In this document: positions 20,515 through 38,871 of the stretch, piece by piece
Layout: each line of letters begins with the position of its first letter
How positions within the stretch are numbered: position 1 is the first letter of the stretch
DNA from: the human T2T-CHM13v2.0 reference genome, Homo sapiens
Direction: 5' to 3' (one strand)
Assembly: GCF_009914755.1 (NCBI RefSeq)
Contig: NC_060942.1
DNA: 64,000 nucleotides
Notes under the pieces: generated by a model
Told to the model about the DNA's origin: nothing
Database searches by the model: none
The model's input: only the letters and a program-made list of their open reading frames with translations
Position numbers and translations under genes: made by a program

Positions 20515-21531
20515 ACGGGGAAAAAACAGAACAGAAAAACTGGAAACTCTAAAAAGCAGAGCGCCTCTCCTCCTCCAAAGGAATGCAGTTCCTCACCAGC
20601 AATGGAACAAAGCTGGATGGAGAATGACTTTGATGAACTGAGAGAAGAAGGCTTCAGACGATCAAATTACTCTGAGCTACGGGAGGACATTCAAACCAAA
20701 GGCAAAGAAGTTGAAAACTTTGAAAAAAATTTAGAAGAATGTATAACTAGAATAACCAATACAGAGAAGTGCTTAAAGGAGCTGATGGAGCTGAAAACCA
20801 AGGCTCGAGAACTACGTGAAGAATGCAGAAGGCTCAGGAGCCGATGCGATCAACTGGAAGAAAGGGTATCAGCGATGCAAGATGAAATGAATGAAATGAA
20901 GCGAGAAGGGAAGTTTAGAGAAAAAAGAATAAAAAGAAATGAGCAAAGCCTCCAAGAAATATGGGACTATGTGAAAAGAACAAATCTACGTCTGATTGGT
21001 GTACCTGAAAGTGACAGGGAGAATGGAACCAAGTTGGAAAACACTCTGCAGGATATTATCCAGGAGAACTTCCCCAATCTAGCAAGGCAGGCCAACATTC
21101 AGATTCAGGAAATACAGAGAACACCACAAAGATACTCCTCGAGAAGAGCAACTCCAAGACACATAATTGTCAGATTCACCAAAGTTGAAATGAAGGAAAA
21201 AATGTTAAAGGCAGCCAGAGAGAAAGGTCGGGTTACCCTCAAAGGGGAGCCCATCAGACTAACAGCTGATCTCTCAACAGAAACCCTACAAGCCAGAAGA
21301 GAGTGGGGGCCAATATTCAACATTCTTAAAGAAAAGAATTTTCAACCCAGAATTTCATATCCAGCCAAACTAAGCTTCATCAGTGAGGGAGAAATAAAAT
21401 ATTTTACAGACAAGCAAATGCTGAGAGATTTTGTCACCACCAGGCCTGCCCTAAAACAGCTCCTGAAGGAAGCACTAAACATGGAAAGGAACAACCGGTA
21501 CCAGCCACTGCAAAATCATGCCAAAATGTAA
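20515..21531 (+). CDS. L1 ORF1p frame: 338 codons open but canonical start mutated to ACG; first ATG at 20602 gives 309 aa
   Basis: aaagACGgggaaaaaacag at 20515; REKG, ARR and YPAKLS motifs intact. Confidence 0.85.
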   Translation, partial: TGKKQNRKTGNSKKQSASPPPKECSSSPAMEQSWMENDFDELREEGFRRSNYSELREDIQTKGKEVENFEKNLEECITRITNTEKCLKELMELKTKARELREECRRLRSRCDQLEERVSAMQDEMNEMKREGKFREKRIKRNEQSLQEIWDYVKRTNLRLIGVPESDRENGTKLENTLQDIIQENFPNLARQANIQIQEIQRTPQRYSSRRATPRHIIVRFTKVEMKEKMLKAAREKGRVTLKGEPIRLTADLSTETLQARREWGPIFNILKEKNFQPRISYPAKLSFISEGEIKYFTDKQMLRDFVTTRPALKQLLKEALNMERNNRYQPLQNHAKM

Positions 21532-22128
21532 AGACCATCGAGACTAGGAAGAAACTGCATCAACTAACGAGCAAAATAACCAGCTAACATCATCATGACA
21601 GGATCAAATTCACACATAACAATATTAACTTTAAATGTAAATGGACTAAATGCTCCAATTAAAAGACACAGACTGGCAAATTGGATAAAGAGTCAAGACC
21701 CATCAGTGTGCTGTATTCAGGAAACCCATCTCACGTGCAGAGACACACATAGACTCAAAATAAAAGGATGGAGGAAGATCTATCAAGCAAATGGAAAACA
21801 AAAAAAGTAGGGGTTGCAATCCTAGTCTCTGATAAAACAGACTTTAAACCAATAAAGATCAAAAGAGACAAAGAAGGCCATTACATAATGGTAAAGGGAT
21901 CAATTCAACAAGAAGAGCTAACTATCCTAAATATATATGCACCCAATACAGGAGCACCCAGATTCATAAAGCAACTCCTGAGTGACCTACAAAGAGACTT
22001 AGACTCCCACACATTAATAATGGGAGACTTTAACACCCCACTGTCAACATTAGACAGCTCAACAAGACAGAAAGTCAACAAGGATACCCAGGAATTGAAC
22101 TCAGCTCTGCACCAAGCAGACCTAATAG

Positions 22129-22779
<651 letters not shown>

Positions 22780-22837
22780 TAATAAAGGGGATATCACCAC
22801 CGATCCCACAGAAATACAAACTACCATCAGAGAATAA

Positions 22838-24397
<1,560 letters not shown>

Positions 24398-24400
24398 TGA

Positions 24401-25420
<1,020 letters not shown>

Positions 25421-25712
25421 TGAACAATGAGATCACATGGACACAGGAAGGGGAACATCACACTCTGGGGACTGTTGTGGGGTGGGGGGAGGGGGGAGGG
25501 ATAGCATTGGGAGATATACCTAATGCTAGATGACCAGTTAGTGGGTGCAGTGCACCAGCGTGGCACATGTATACATATGTAAATAACCTGCACAATGTGC
25601 ACATGTACCCTAAAACTTAAAGTATAATAATAAAAGAAAAAATATATATATAACATAAAAAATAATAAATAAATAAATAAATTTTTAAAAATTAAAAAAA
25701 TAGATTAAAAAT

Positions 25713-26602
25713 AAATTCATGAAGGGAAAGAAAATATTCACACATTATGTATTTGGTAAGTAATTAATATCCGGGCTATATAAAGACCTCAGCAACAACA
25801 ACAAAACAATCAAATTTAAACATGAGCAAAGGTTTTAAAATACACATTTCTCTAAAGAAGATATGCAAATGACCAGTAAGCACAGGATAAGGTGCTCAGC
25901 ATCACTAATCATGAGAAAAAAGTAAATCCAAACCACAATGCAATACCAACTGACACATGTAAGCATAGCTGCCATCAAAAAAACCCCACCAGCAAAGCAA
26001 AACAACAAAGCCCCAGAGAACAGCAAATGCTGGATGTGGAGAAGTCAGGACTCCTGCACACTGCTGGTGGGAAAGTAAGATGGCACAGCCACTGTGGAAA
26101 ACAGTAATCACCATATGATCCAGTAATCCCACATCTGGGTATATACCCCAAAAAACTGAAAGTGGGAATTTGTACACCCATGTTTATAGCAGCATTCACA
26201 AGAGCCAAAGGGTAGAAAAAGCCCAAATCTCCATCTACAGATGAATGGATAAGCAAATATGATTGATACACACAATATTATTCAGCCTTAAAAAGAAAAG
26301 AAATTCTAATACATGCTACAACATAAACCTTGAAAACATTAAAACAAAAAAATGCAAATACTCCATGCTTTCCACTTTTATAGTGTACCTAGAGCAGTTA
26401 AATTCATAGACACAGAAAGTAGGATGTGGTTTCCAGGGGATGGGGGGAAGGGAAAGGGGAGCTATTGTTCCGTGGATACAGAGTTTCACTTTGGGATGAT
26501 AACACAGGTTTGGAATGGATACTGGTGATAGTTGCACAACAATGTATTTCTACTTAATGTACTTAAATTTTCTCTTATACATATTTCACCACAGAAAAAA
26601 AA
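25713..26602 (+). mobile_element. 3' part of old L1M (ORF2 end and 3'UTR)
   Basis: ORF2 C-terminal remnants and L1M-type 3'UTR (ggtgatagttgcacaacaatg). Confidence 0.8.
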
Positions 26603-28844
26603 TTAGCAAATATTTAAAAATCTACATGTTTCTTTGAACTGTTTCTTTACGTCCCTTGTCCATTTTTCAATTTGGCTGTTGGTCTTTTAATAATTTAGGA
26701 TAGCTATATAGCTATATATATACATATATATTACACAAATTAGCTTTTTGTCTGTCATGTATGTTGCAGATCTGTTTCCCCAGTCTGTTGACTTTTGACT
26801 TTGATGCATTTTTCTTGCCTATAAAGTTTTAATTTTTATGGAGTCAAATGCATCAGTCTTCTATTCAAAGACTTATTTATGGGTTTGGTGTTTCAGTTTA
26901 GGATGAAAAAGAAGTTGTAGATATGGATAAAGGAGATGGTTGTACAACACATTATATTGGACCACTCAACTGTACGTTTAAACATGGTTAAAATGGTAAG
27001 TTTTATGTTGTATATATTTTACCACCAAAAAAGGGCCAGGCTTAGATATTTATATGTTAGGGGTTTGGAGTACCTCTAACATTTATTCCCCTACAGGGCT
27101 CTAATTTATAAAACTCCCACACAAGAAAAGTAGATACTGACTTCACAAATCTCCTTACAAGTCCCACAGCAAGGGCTGTCTGGGAAAGCAGAGGTGGAAA
27201 AAGTCACATAAACTTGAGATCAGTGTGAGACCTCCCATCCCCCACTCTGGAATCAGATGGAGGAAGGCAGGCATGCAGGCTGAGCTGGAGAGATGAGCTG
27301 GGGTGGGCAGAACTGTCTTCCCATGAGCCTAGACCTTAAGTGCTCCCACATGATCTCAGGCATGTATCAAACCAAGAAAGCGGCTAGGAGGGCAACACAT
27401 CTACCTGTATACAGGGAGCTATGAAATACGTGAGCTGCGCAAGTGATGCACAAGGAAACGGAAGCAGTATGACCTTTACACAGTGACCTGGCTCAAATAA
27501 TTTCAGGCTGTCATTAACCAGGCGAGCTCCACTTTCTCTCTGAGGTAGGTAAAATTGAGGGGGTAAAGTGGGAGTTGGGGAAAATGGAAAAGAAAGCCTG
27601 GTAGTATTTCTTCTAACTCTGTCATAAATAAAAAGTAAAACATAGATGCCATTTCTCAGGGCCCAAATGTTAGGTGAAAAAATGTTTGTCATCTCAGTCA
27701 TGTGATGTGGACTTCAGCAGAGCAGTACACACATGGTCATTTATCCTTTCCCTCTGCATGTTGTGTGCTTTTTCAGTTTATAATGTACCTGATCCACTTG
27801 TCTCATCACACTAGCTGCAAACAAGGCCACTGAATGTCACAGCAGGTGGCCGGCATGTCTGTGAAGGGCAGAAACTGGGGCAGCCAAACAGCTGGCAGAG
27901 GCCAGCTAGGAAGTACCTGATGCCCACTCCATAGAGGACTCCACACTTAAAAGACAAGATCAGCAAGTGTCAGGCTGCCTCACTAGTTATCCCCCCAAAT
28001 AAAAAAATAAAAGTAACCCCTCCAGGGAACGTGTATGTGTACACACAAAAGTACATGCACACAGCTATATGCAAATGGGAAAGGCTTGGAAGGAACCAAA
28101 TCCACCTCTGAACACCAGTTACTTGTGGGGAAGGGGCAGGTGAAGCCAACTGTCAGCATTACTCACCTTTTCAACTGATGAGCTTACATCAATTTTGGCA
28201 ATTTCTCATAAAAAGGCAATTTTCACTCCTTGGGTGATCACCCAGGTCCTGCAGAACTGAGCCACCAACAACCACCTGCACCACTTCCCATGAGGCCAAA
28301 TAATGGCTTCCCTCAAAGCTCAGCCCTCCCACCCACCTCCCAGTCCTCTCCCATGCAGGGGGCTGCCGGCCTCCTGGGGTACAGGGGTCCAGGCCAAACC
28401 CAATCCACGCATGGTTGGTGAAACCAGCACGTATCCAAGGGCCTTTCCCCCACCTGGGCCATGTGCCCACTGCATAGATAGGCCTGTGCTTGCTCCCCTA
28501 GGACAGAGACTCCCTTTTCTTCCATTGGAATGAGGAGTGGGGAGATTTAATGGTGTCCTGTACAGGTTGGGTGTTAATCTGATGTGGTGCTCTTGGAGAA
28601 GCTTGCTTGAGTTCGGCGCTTTCTCAGCACGTGGTGTGTGCTGCCCCTTCAAGCTGCAGGAGTCCCAGAAAGTAAGTGCTGCTGCAACCCCCATTTACTG
28701 GTGAACAGAGGTCAGGTGATCTGCAGCCAACCAAGCAGCTGCTAAGTGGCCAACAGGCTGGATCTGCATCTAACTTGCAGAGGCCCTGCCTGGATGCTGG
28801 GGCTGTCCTGAGACTCCCTCCTCCTCCTCCTCTTCCCTCCACAG

Positions 28845-31050
28845 CTCTCCTGGCTTCTATCCAAAGCTGTGTTCCAGGTGGGGAACACCTATGGATGCAC
28901 CAGGGTGCAACTACTCAGAGTCCAGTGTGCAGAAGGGCCCCTGCTCTATGCTGTTTCCGTATCCAAGCCCAAGCTCTTCTAGAGCTTCAGCAAATCCAAG
29001 CCTCCCTGAATTCCCTGCAAGACCAAACTGAGCCCTACAACCCCCACCACTCTGGTTAGCTGCCAGTCCCAGCCCCTGTTCCCTCCTGGGCCCCTGTCTG
29101 TACAGTTCTGAAGTCCTACAAGAATGTTGAGATCCTAAGCCGACTCTCACCCAAAGAGGTAAACAACCAGGGGCCTCCAGGTTGAGAGAATATACCCAGA
29201 CAGGTTCTGCTGCCTGTAGGCTTGATGTCTTTCCCCTACAACACGCCTTGCTTGCCAGGCTGGAAGAGGGGCTCCAGAAACTTGGGAAACCTGGGCCTGT
29301 AGCTGGCATGTGGAAAAGAGGCCTGGAAAAGCACCATTCCTGTCCATGAAGCCCCCAGATGGAACCAGGTAATTGGGAAATACATGGGCACCAAGCCTGA
29401 ACCCCCCTCAGACCCAGGTGGGAACTGCAGTGGTGACTTGCCCCCTCTGCCAGTCTGGCTGTACCACTACAGGAGGGAGGAACATCTAGCCCCACGCGTG
29501 AGTGGAGACACCAGGTGTGGGCAGGTTCCAGTGGTTGCTGCAGCTGAACCTTCCTAACCAGGTCCATGCGAGACCATCTCAGATGGGTGTGCACCTGGGT
29601 TGGGCAAGGACACCCCTCAGACAGTGAGAGCCACTGAGGAGGGCTGTCACAGAGGCCCCTTTTCCTGCTCTTAGAACAGGTTGGGCGAGTATGGGGGAGT
29701 GTGGGGGAGTATGGGGGAGTATGGGGGACCTCTCCCACCTCCCAGCTGCTTCCAGGAGCCACTTCTTTCGAGATGAGACTCTCCTGCCTGCCTGTTCCCA
29801 TTTGGCTGCAATAGACCATTGACAACATTCAGAGAACAAGAAGGGGCCTCACCTGTTTTCCCTGACACGTAGGAGGCAGATGGGCATTCCCAGGGGACCT
29901 GGGGTAGAGCCTGTTCATCTGCCCACCCCCAGGCTATGCTGGCTTCATCTTATCTGTGCGATAGGGCTGGGGGTGGGGGTGGGAATTACCAGGAGACCAT
30001 CACACAGGCCGTGGACAAGTTCTACAAGAGCCAGGGAGAAGAACACTGTCCGTGCATGCGTCCCAGCACCCAGCTCACACATCTCTCATTTGACAGCTTC
30101 CCCAAAGCAGGCTTTGCAGTCCAGGCTCCCCAAGAAGCCAGGGGAGGAGACTCTGCCAGGCTGAAGGGTCTGTCCCCAAAGGTGCCACCCTCACCAGGCT
30201 CATCCTGACAATCTTGGATTATTTTTGCCCTGAAGTTTTGGAGTGGGGGACAGGGAGAGAGCAGACAGTACTCATTAGCCACCTTTCCAGAGAGCATCAG
30301 CCCTCCAGACTGGGGCAGGTCAGACCTCCACTCAGGCATTTTTCTCACTGGTTGCCAGTTGGGGGAAGCAGTATTTGTGAGCACCTGCCTGTCTCCCCAG
30401 GTCCTGTTCAGAAACCCCATCTGTGCCTTTGGAGGGACTGCCCTGCGCACACAGGCCCAGCAACCACCATCTACGGCCCCCAGGACCTAATCCCCTTCTA
30501 CTTGGGATTCAGTGCATGTTAGCAGACACTGGGCTTGATTCCTGCCTAGTCCCTGCCAGATATCCCATGCCCACCTCATTAAGAGAATGAGGCCACACAA
30601 ACACACCCAGGCCATCGTGATGATGGAGTGCCTGGGGTCCCACTTGCCCACCCTTCATTGCTGGTTCAGAGCCAGCTCTGACCACATTCCTACCCTGAGA
30701 TGGGACTCTGGGGACATTGTCCACCAGGGTCACTGACCCCTTTTAACGTTCCAGAAACATGGCCAGCTGGTCCCCTAGAAGTTTGGTATATGGGATAAGC
30801 CAAGGCTTGCCTTCAGCAACAGGTTTTCCACCACATCACTGCCCAAGGCCCAGGGCATCACCAAGTTCATGTGAAGCCTGCCTGCCATGTCCACAGCCCA
30901 TACCGACCCCTCCTGGAGCCACTGGAATGCTTGTTCCTGGGCATGTGATGAACCCAGACAGCTTCCGCCTTGCAGGACAACTATGCGCATCTGGCAGCAG
31001 TAGCCAGAGGGCCCATAGAAAGAAGATGGAGGCAAAACCAGATGCTGTGA
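28845..31050 (+). pseudogene. Unprocessed FAM166A (CIMIP2A) pseudogene, exons 2-7 (28845-29054, 29106-29368, ~29459-29582, 29933-30034, 30401-30517, ~30968-31050); exon 1 not found
   Basis: Translations QVGNTYG..SVQKGPCS..SKPP, ENIPRQVLLP..EAWKS, LYH..ETISG, GYAGFI..TQAVDKFYKSQ, LFRNP..LIPFYLGF and QDNYA match recalled FAM166A; in-frame stops, frameshifts and mutated splice sites. Confidence 0.88.
29681..29728 (+). repeat. 10-bp G-rich tandem repeat (RTGGGGGAGT x ~4-5), G-quadruplex potential
   Basis: atgggggagt gtgggggagt atgggggagt atggggga. Confidence 0.8.
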
Positions 31051-31056
31051 GAATAC

Positions 31057-31086
31057 TTTATTAGTCAAAACCGCATACTATAAAAA
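31057..31086 (-). promoter_or_regulatory. TUBB8B poly(A) signal AATAAA (31057-31062) with upstream CPE-like TTTTTAT (31080-31086)
   Basis: Plus-strand tttatt and ataaaaa in the short 3'UTR. Confidence 0.75.
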
Positions 31087-31207
31087 TGCTTTAAAACGCA
31101 GCAGGAGATGTGAAGACACAAATTAACAAGCGTATAGTGACACATGGCTGTCAGAACACAGTAAAGAATCCACACTGCTTCCCCCCTTTACCTAGAAAAG
31201 GAGAGTT

Positions 31208-33375
31208 CTAGGCCACCTCCTCCTCGGCATACTCCTCATCCTCCTCCTCCTCGGCCGTGGCATCCTGATATTGCTGATATTCAGACACCAGGTCGTTCAT
31301 GTTGCTCTCGGCCTCGGTGAATTCCATCTCATCCATGCCCTCGCCCGTGTACCAGTGGAGGAAGGCCTTGCGCCTGAACATTGCTGTAAACTGCTCTGAG
31401 ACACATGTGAAGAGTTCCTGGATGGCCGCATTATTCCCAATGAAGGTGGCTGACATTTTTAGCCCCCGGGGTGGGATGTCACAGACGGCTGTTTTTACGT
31501 TGTCGGGGAACCAGTCAGCAAAGTAGCTGCTGTTCTTATCTTGAATGTTGAACATTTGTTCATCCACCTCCCTCATGGGCATGCGACCCCTGAAAATGGC
31601 AGCCACCGTTAGGTAGCAGCCGTGACGGGGGTCACAGGCAGCCATCATGTTCTTAGCATCAAACATCTGCTGGGTGAGCTCAGCCACAGTCAAGGCCCGG
31701 TACTGCTGGCTGCCCCGGCTGGTCAGTGGGGCAAAGCCGGGCATGAAGAAATGCAGCCGGGGAAACGGGACCATGTTCACGGCCAGCTTCCGCAGGTCAG
31801 CATTCAGCTGGCCTGGGAAGCGCAGGCATGTGGTGACCCCACTCATGGTAGCAGACACCAGGTGGTTCAGGTCACCATAGGTGGGTGTGGGCAGTTTTAG
31901 GGTCCTGGAACATATGTCATATAGCGCTTCGTTATCTATGCAGAAGGTCTCATCCGCGTTTTCTATGAGCTGGTGGACTGAGAGGGTGGCGTTGTAGGGC
32001 TCCACCACGGTGTCCGACACCTTGGGCGAGGGCAGGATGCTGAATGTGTTTATGATCCTGTCTGGGTACTCCTCCCGGATCTTACTAATGAGAAGGGTAC
32101 CCATCCCAGACCCAGTCCCCCCACCCAGGGAGTGGGTCAGCTGGAAACCCTGCAGGCAGTCACAGCTCTCAGCCTCCTTTCTGACAACGTCCATCACTGA
32201 CTCCGTCAGCTCCGCGCCTTCTGTGTAGCGTCCCTTGGCCCAGTTGTTTCCGGCCCCACACTGACCTGTAAGACAGCACAGCCGGTCACTCGACGGCCAG
32301 GTATACGGTCATCAGTGGTCACCACCATAATGCAGAAAGGGCCAAGTGTCACATGTGAGGTGAAAGCACCATTCGCCCTGCAGGTGGAGCAAATGAAACT
32401 CCCTCCTCCAGAGTTACAGGACAGCAGCTTCCCCTGTTAGAAATTAAGACAGGAGTCAAACCTGAGACGGGTTCACAGACCTCGCTGCAGGTGGCTCCTG
32501 CCCATTCTCAGGAAAGGCAGTAGCCACGGCCCCAGCTCAGCTCCCGGCAGGGACATCAGTAGCTCCTCACCTTGAGGAGACACCGGGGCCTTCCTCCCGA
32601 AGCCCATTTAGGAGGCAGATGAAGCGACTCGACTCGGCGGATAGGAGGGTGTTCAGGGGCCCTGGCGCCACAGTTCCCACAGGATGACCTTGGGCACTCC
32701 TGGATTTTGAGCTGCCCTGGCTAAGGAGCCGCACCCCAGTCCTCGCCCGCAGCTCACCGGAAATGAAGTTGTCTGGCCTGAAGACCTGCCCGAAGGGCCC
32801 CGAGTGCACAGAGTCCATGGTGCCCGGCTCCAGATCCACGAGCACAGCGCGGGGCACGTACCTGCCACCTGCGTGGGGCGGGAGGGCATGAGCGAGGGGA
32901 GGGCCGCGTTCCCAGGAGGGCGGTGGGAGAAGGACGGGGGTCGCACCGCTGGCCTCGTGGTGGTGCACGTTGATGCGCTCCAGCTGCAGGTGGCTGTCCC
33001 CGTGGTAGGTGCCAGCGGAGTCGATGGCATGTTCATCAGAGATCACCTCCCAGAACTGCAAGAGACGGGAGGGGCCAGACAGGCCGGGGCTGAGTCACGG
33101 AGGCGCCCCAGCCGCTCTCCCACCCCCACCCGCACCCCCATCCCTAGGCCGCCCTGTCCCTGGGGTCCACCCCAGCCGCCTCGCCAGCCACCCGGTTCCA
33201 CCGTCCCCGGCAGGGAGCCCAGGGGCCGCAATGCAGGGGCACCGCTCCCGCCACTGCCAACATCTTCCCCAGCCACCCGGCAGGCCCGGGCTGGGCCCTC
33301 AGAGCCCTGGCTGCCAACCTTGGCGCCGATCTGGTTCCCGCACTGCCCGGTCTGCGTGAGCACGATTTCCCTCAT
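31208..33375 (-). CDS. TUBB8B: Beta-tubulin 8B, intact 444 aa; CDS exons 33375-33319, 33055-32947, 32868-32758, 32265-31208
   Basis: 57+109+111+1058=1335 nt, all introns GT-AG; MREI start, GGGTGSG motif, TUBB8-type tail [14 protein letters not shown]; residues T9, HHH50-52, S92, TC379-380 match my recollection of the 8B paralog. Confidence 0.93.
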
Positions 33376-33458
33376 GGCCAAGGCAGGATTAGGGCGGCAG
33401 CAGAAGCGCGAGAAGGAGGAGCAGACGCGCAGCGACCCAGCCCGCCCTCCGCTAACGC

Positions 33459-33498
33459 TTAAATAGCCCCGCGTCCACCTCCCTCAGCCTCCGATTGG
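33459..33498 (-). promoter_or_regulatory. TUBB8B core promoter: TATA-like TATTTAA (33465-33459) and CCAAT (33498-33494)
   Basis: Motifs ~85 and ~120 bp upstream of the ATG in canonical order. Confidence 0.65.
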
Positions 33499-33504
33499 GC
33501 TCCC

Positions 33505-36498
<2,994 letters not shown>

Positions 36499-37057
36499 TG
36501 TTGCTGGAAAAGAGGGTCCTGATACAGACCACAAAGTAGGATTCTTAGATCTTGTGCAGGAAAAAATTTGAGGTGAGTCAGAGAGCAAAGTGAACGAAGC
36601 AAGTTTATTAGAAATGACTCCATTACAGAGTTGGACATCCTCAGAAAACAAGAGCAGGAATGCATTGTCTTTTGTTAGTGTCTCTACTCTAACTATAAAG
36701 AGAAAGAGTTATAATTAAACTTGGAAGGTGCAGATGTACTCATTGAAGTCGGGGCTATTCGTTTTAACAATGACAATTAACCCGTTGACCTAAGCTAGCT
36801 CATTAATATTATCTTTAAGAAAAAATGCTGCACTCCTAGGACATTTATACATTTTTCAGGCTTGGTGGAAGATGTCTTGTATGGCCATAAATATTCTGCA
36901 GTTGTAATTTGTGGCCAGTAAAAAAATGTGGCTATTTTCAGACTATAGGTATTAACCTTCTAGATGCCTTGTGAGTACCTAGCTACTCATATTAAGATAG
37001 AGAATTCTAGTCATGTTTATTAAACTAGAAGCTTGATAACCATGAGTTCCTCTAACA
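36499..37057 (-). mobile_element. ERV1 5' LTR (MER61-like), oriented toward TUBB8B
   Basis: TG...CA ends, minus-strand AATAAA (gtttatt), MER61-like U5 (gggtcctgatacagacc..ttcttagatct); adjoins the internal region. Confidence 0.7.
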
Positions 37058-37289
37058 CAGCAAGTCTACTCCTCAAGGAGAAAATGTATTTCTCAGGAAT
37101 TTTGTGCATTTTATTTGATGGCATTTGGTATGTTTACCATAATGGCAGAAAAGAGTGAAATTAGTCCTCAAAGATTTCTCAAGATTGGATATAAAGTAAC
37201 AAATGATTATAGTTAATATGCAAGTTGACACAGTTGATATGCAAAAGAAATTTTGTCTGGAACACAATGAGATTTTTATTTATTAATTA

Positions 37290-37587
37290 TTATCATTATC
37301 GTTTTGAGACAGAGTCTTGCTCTATTGCCCAGGCTGGAGTGTGGGGCACCATCTTGGTTCACTGAAACCTCTGCCTCCCGGGTTCAAGTGATTCTCCTGC
37401 CTCAGCCTCCCAAGTAGCTGGGATTACAGGCATGAATCACCACACCCAGCTAATTTTTGTATCTTTAGTAGAAATGGGGTTTCATTCTGTTGGCCAGGCT
37501 GGTCTCAAACCCCTGACAACAAGTGATCTGCCCACCTTGGCCTCCCAAATTGTTGGGATTACAAGCATGAGCTACTGCTCCCAGCCA
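37290..37587 (-). mobile_element. AluS
   Basis: Antisense Alu dimer. Confidence 0.9.
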
Positions 37588-37907
37588 CAATGAGGCTTTT
37601 AAATAATTCTGATTTCCTGCTGCTGAGCAGGGAGCCGAGCAAATTCAACAGTTCATGGGCCTAAAGTAGGAGAAGACTGAGGACAAACTCTAGAACACAT
37701 GTGATTAAATTAATTACAATGGAAACCAAATCAAATTTAATAAGGCCATACCTCTTAGTTTCAAGATGTTTCCCCTCATTTTGAAATGTGGTGTTATTCA
37801 GTGGAAAAGAAAAATAGTGTTTATCTCCAGAGTAAAGAACAGGGTTCCCTGCAGGGACTGACTGACTGAGAGCTATGGCTCAGGATTAAAAATTCTCTTT
37901 TTTCCAC

Positions 37908-38046
37908 TTACAAACTAAAAATTAATTTCTAAGCCCCTATTGACTAAATGGACCCCTCTTCTTGGATAAGGACATTCCAAAGTTAACCTGAAAAGCTACT
38001 TCAAGCCATGGGTCACACCTGCCTCATTAGACTCTCCTCCCTTTGG
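37908..38046 (+). mobile_element. MER4-type LTR 5' fragment truncated by L1
   Basis: ttctaagcccc..aatggacccct..cattccaaagttaacctgaaaa. Confidence 0.55.
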
Positions 38047-38871
38047 TTTTAATTGTAATTTTTAATTAATTTTTATGGGTACATAGTTAGTGTATATATT
38101 TATGGGGGTACATGACATACTTTGATACAGGCATGTAACGAGTAATACATAATAAAAAACAGGGTATCCGTCCCCTCAAGCATTTATAGCTTGTGTTATA
38201 AACAATCCAATTATACTATTTTAGTTTTTATAAAATGTATAATTAAATTTTTTTTACCATAATCACCCTGTTGTGCTATCAAATACTGTCTTATTCATTC
38301 TTTCTAACAATTTTTTGTACCCATTTCACATCCCCACTAACCCCGTTCCCCCACTGCCCTTCCCAGCCTCTGGTAACCACCCTTATACTCTCTATGACAT
38401 CAATTATTTCAAATTTTAGCACCCACAAATAAGTGAGGACATGTGACATTTTTCTTTCTGTGCCTGACTTATTTCACTTAACATAAAGACTTTCAGTTCC
38501 ATTTCTGTTACTGCAAATGACAGACTCTCATTCTTTCTTATAGCTGAATAGTACTTCATTGTGTATATGTACCACATTTTCTCTATCCAGTCATCTGTTG
38601 ATGGACATTTAGGTTTCTTCCAAATCTTGGCTATTAGCAACATTTGTTTTTGACTGACTTCTGGATAAAAGCCACCTTAACTGAGGTGAAATGATATCTC
38701 ATTTTGGGTTTGATTTGCATTTCTATGATGATCAGTAATGTGGAGCACCTTTTCACTTGCCTATTTGCCATTTGTATGTCTTCTTTTCATAAATGTCCAT
38801 TTAAATTTTTGTCCACTCTTTAATTGATTATATTTTTTTCTATAGAATGTTTTGAACTCAATATATTGTAG

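Noticed and set aside
28911-29828. 305-aa minus-strand ORF
   Set aside because: Antisense to FAM166A pseudo-exons and introns, includes the 10-bp repeat, no recognisable domain.
28200-31050. IL9R pseudogene (common in subtelomeres)
   Set aside because: Translations match FAM166A motifs, not a cytokine receptor.
31208-33375. Processed tubulin pseudogene, or canonical TUBB8
   Set aside because: Three canonical introns and an intact frame; diagnostic residues differ from recalled TUBB8 and fit TUBB8B.
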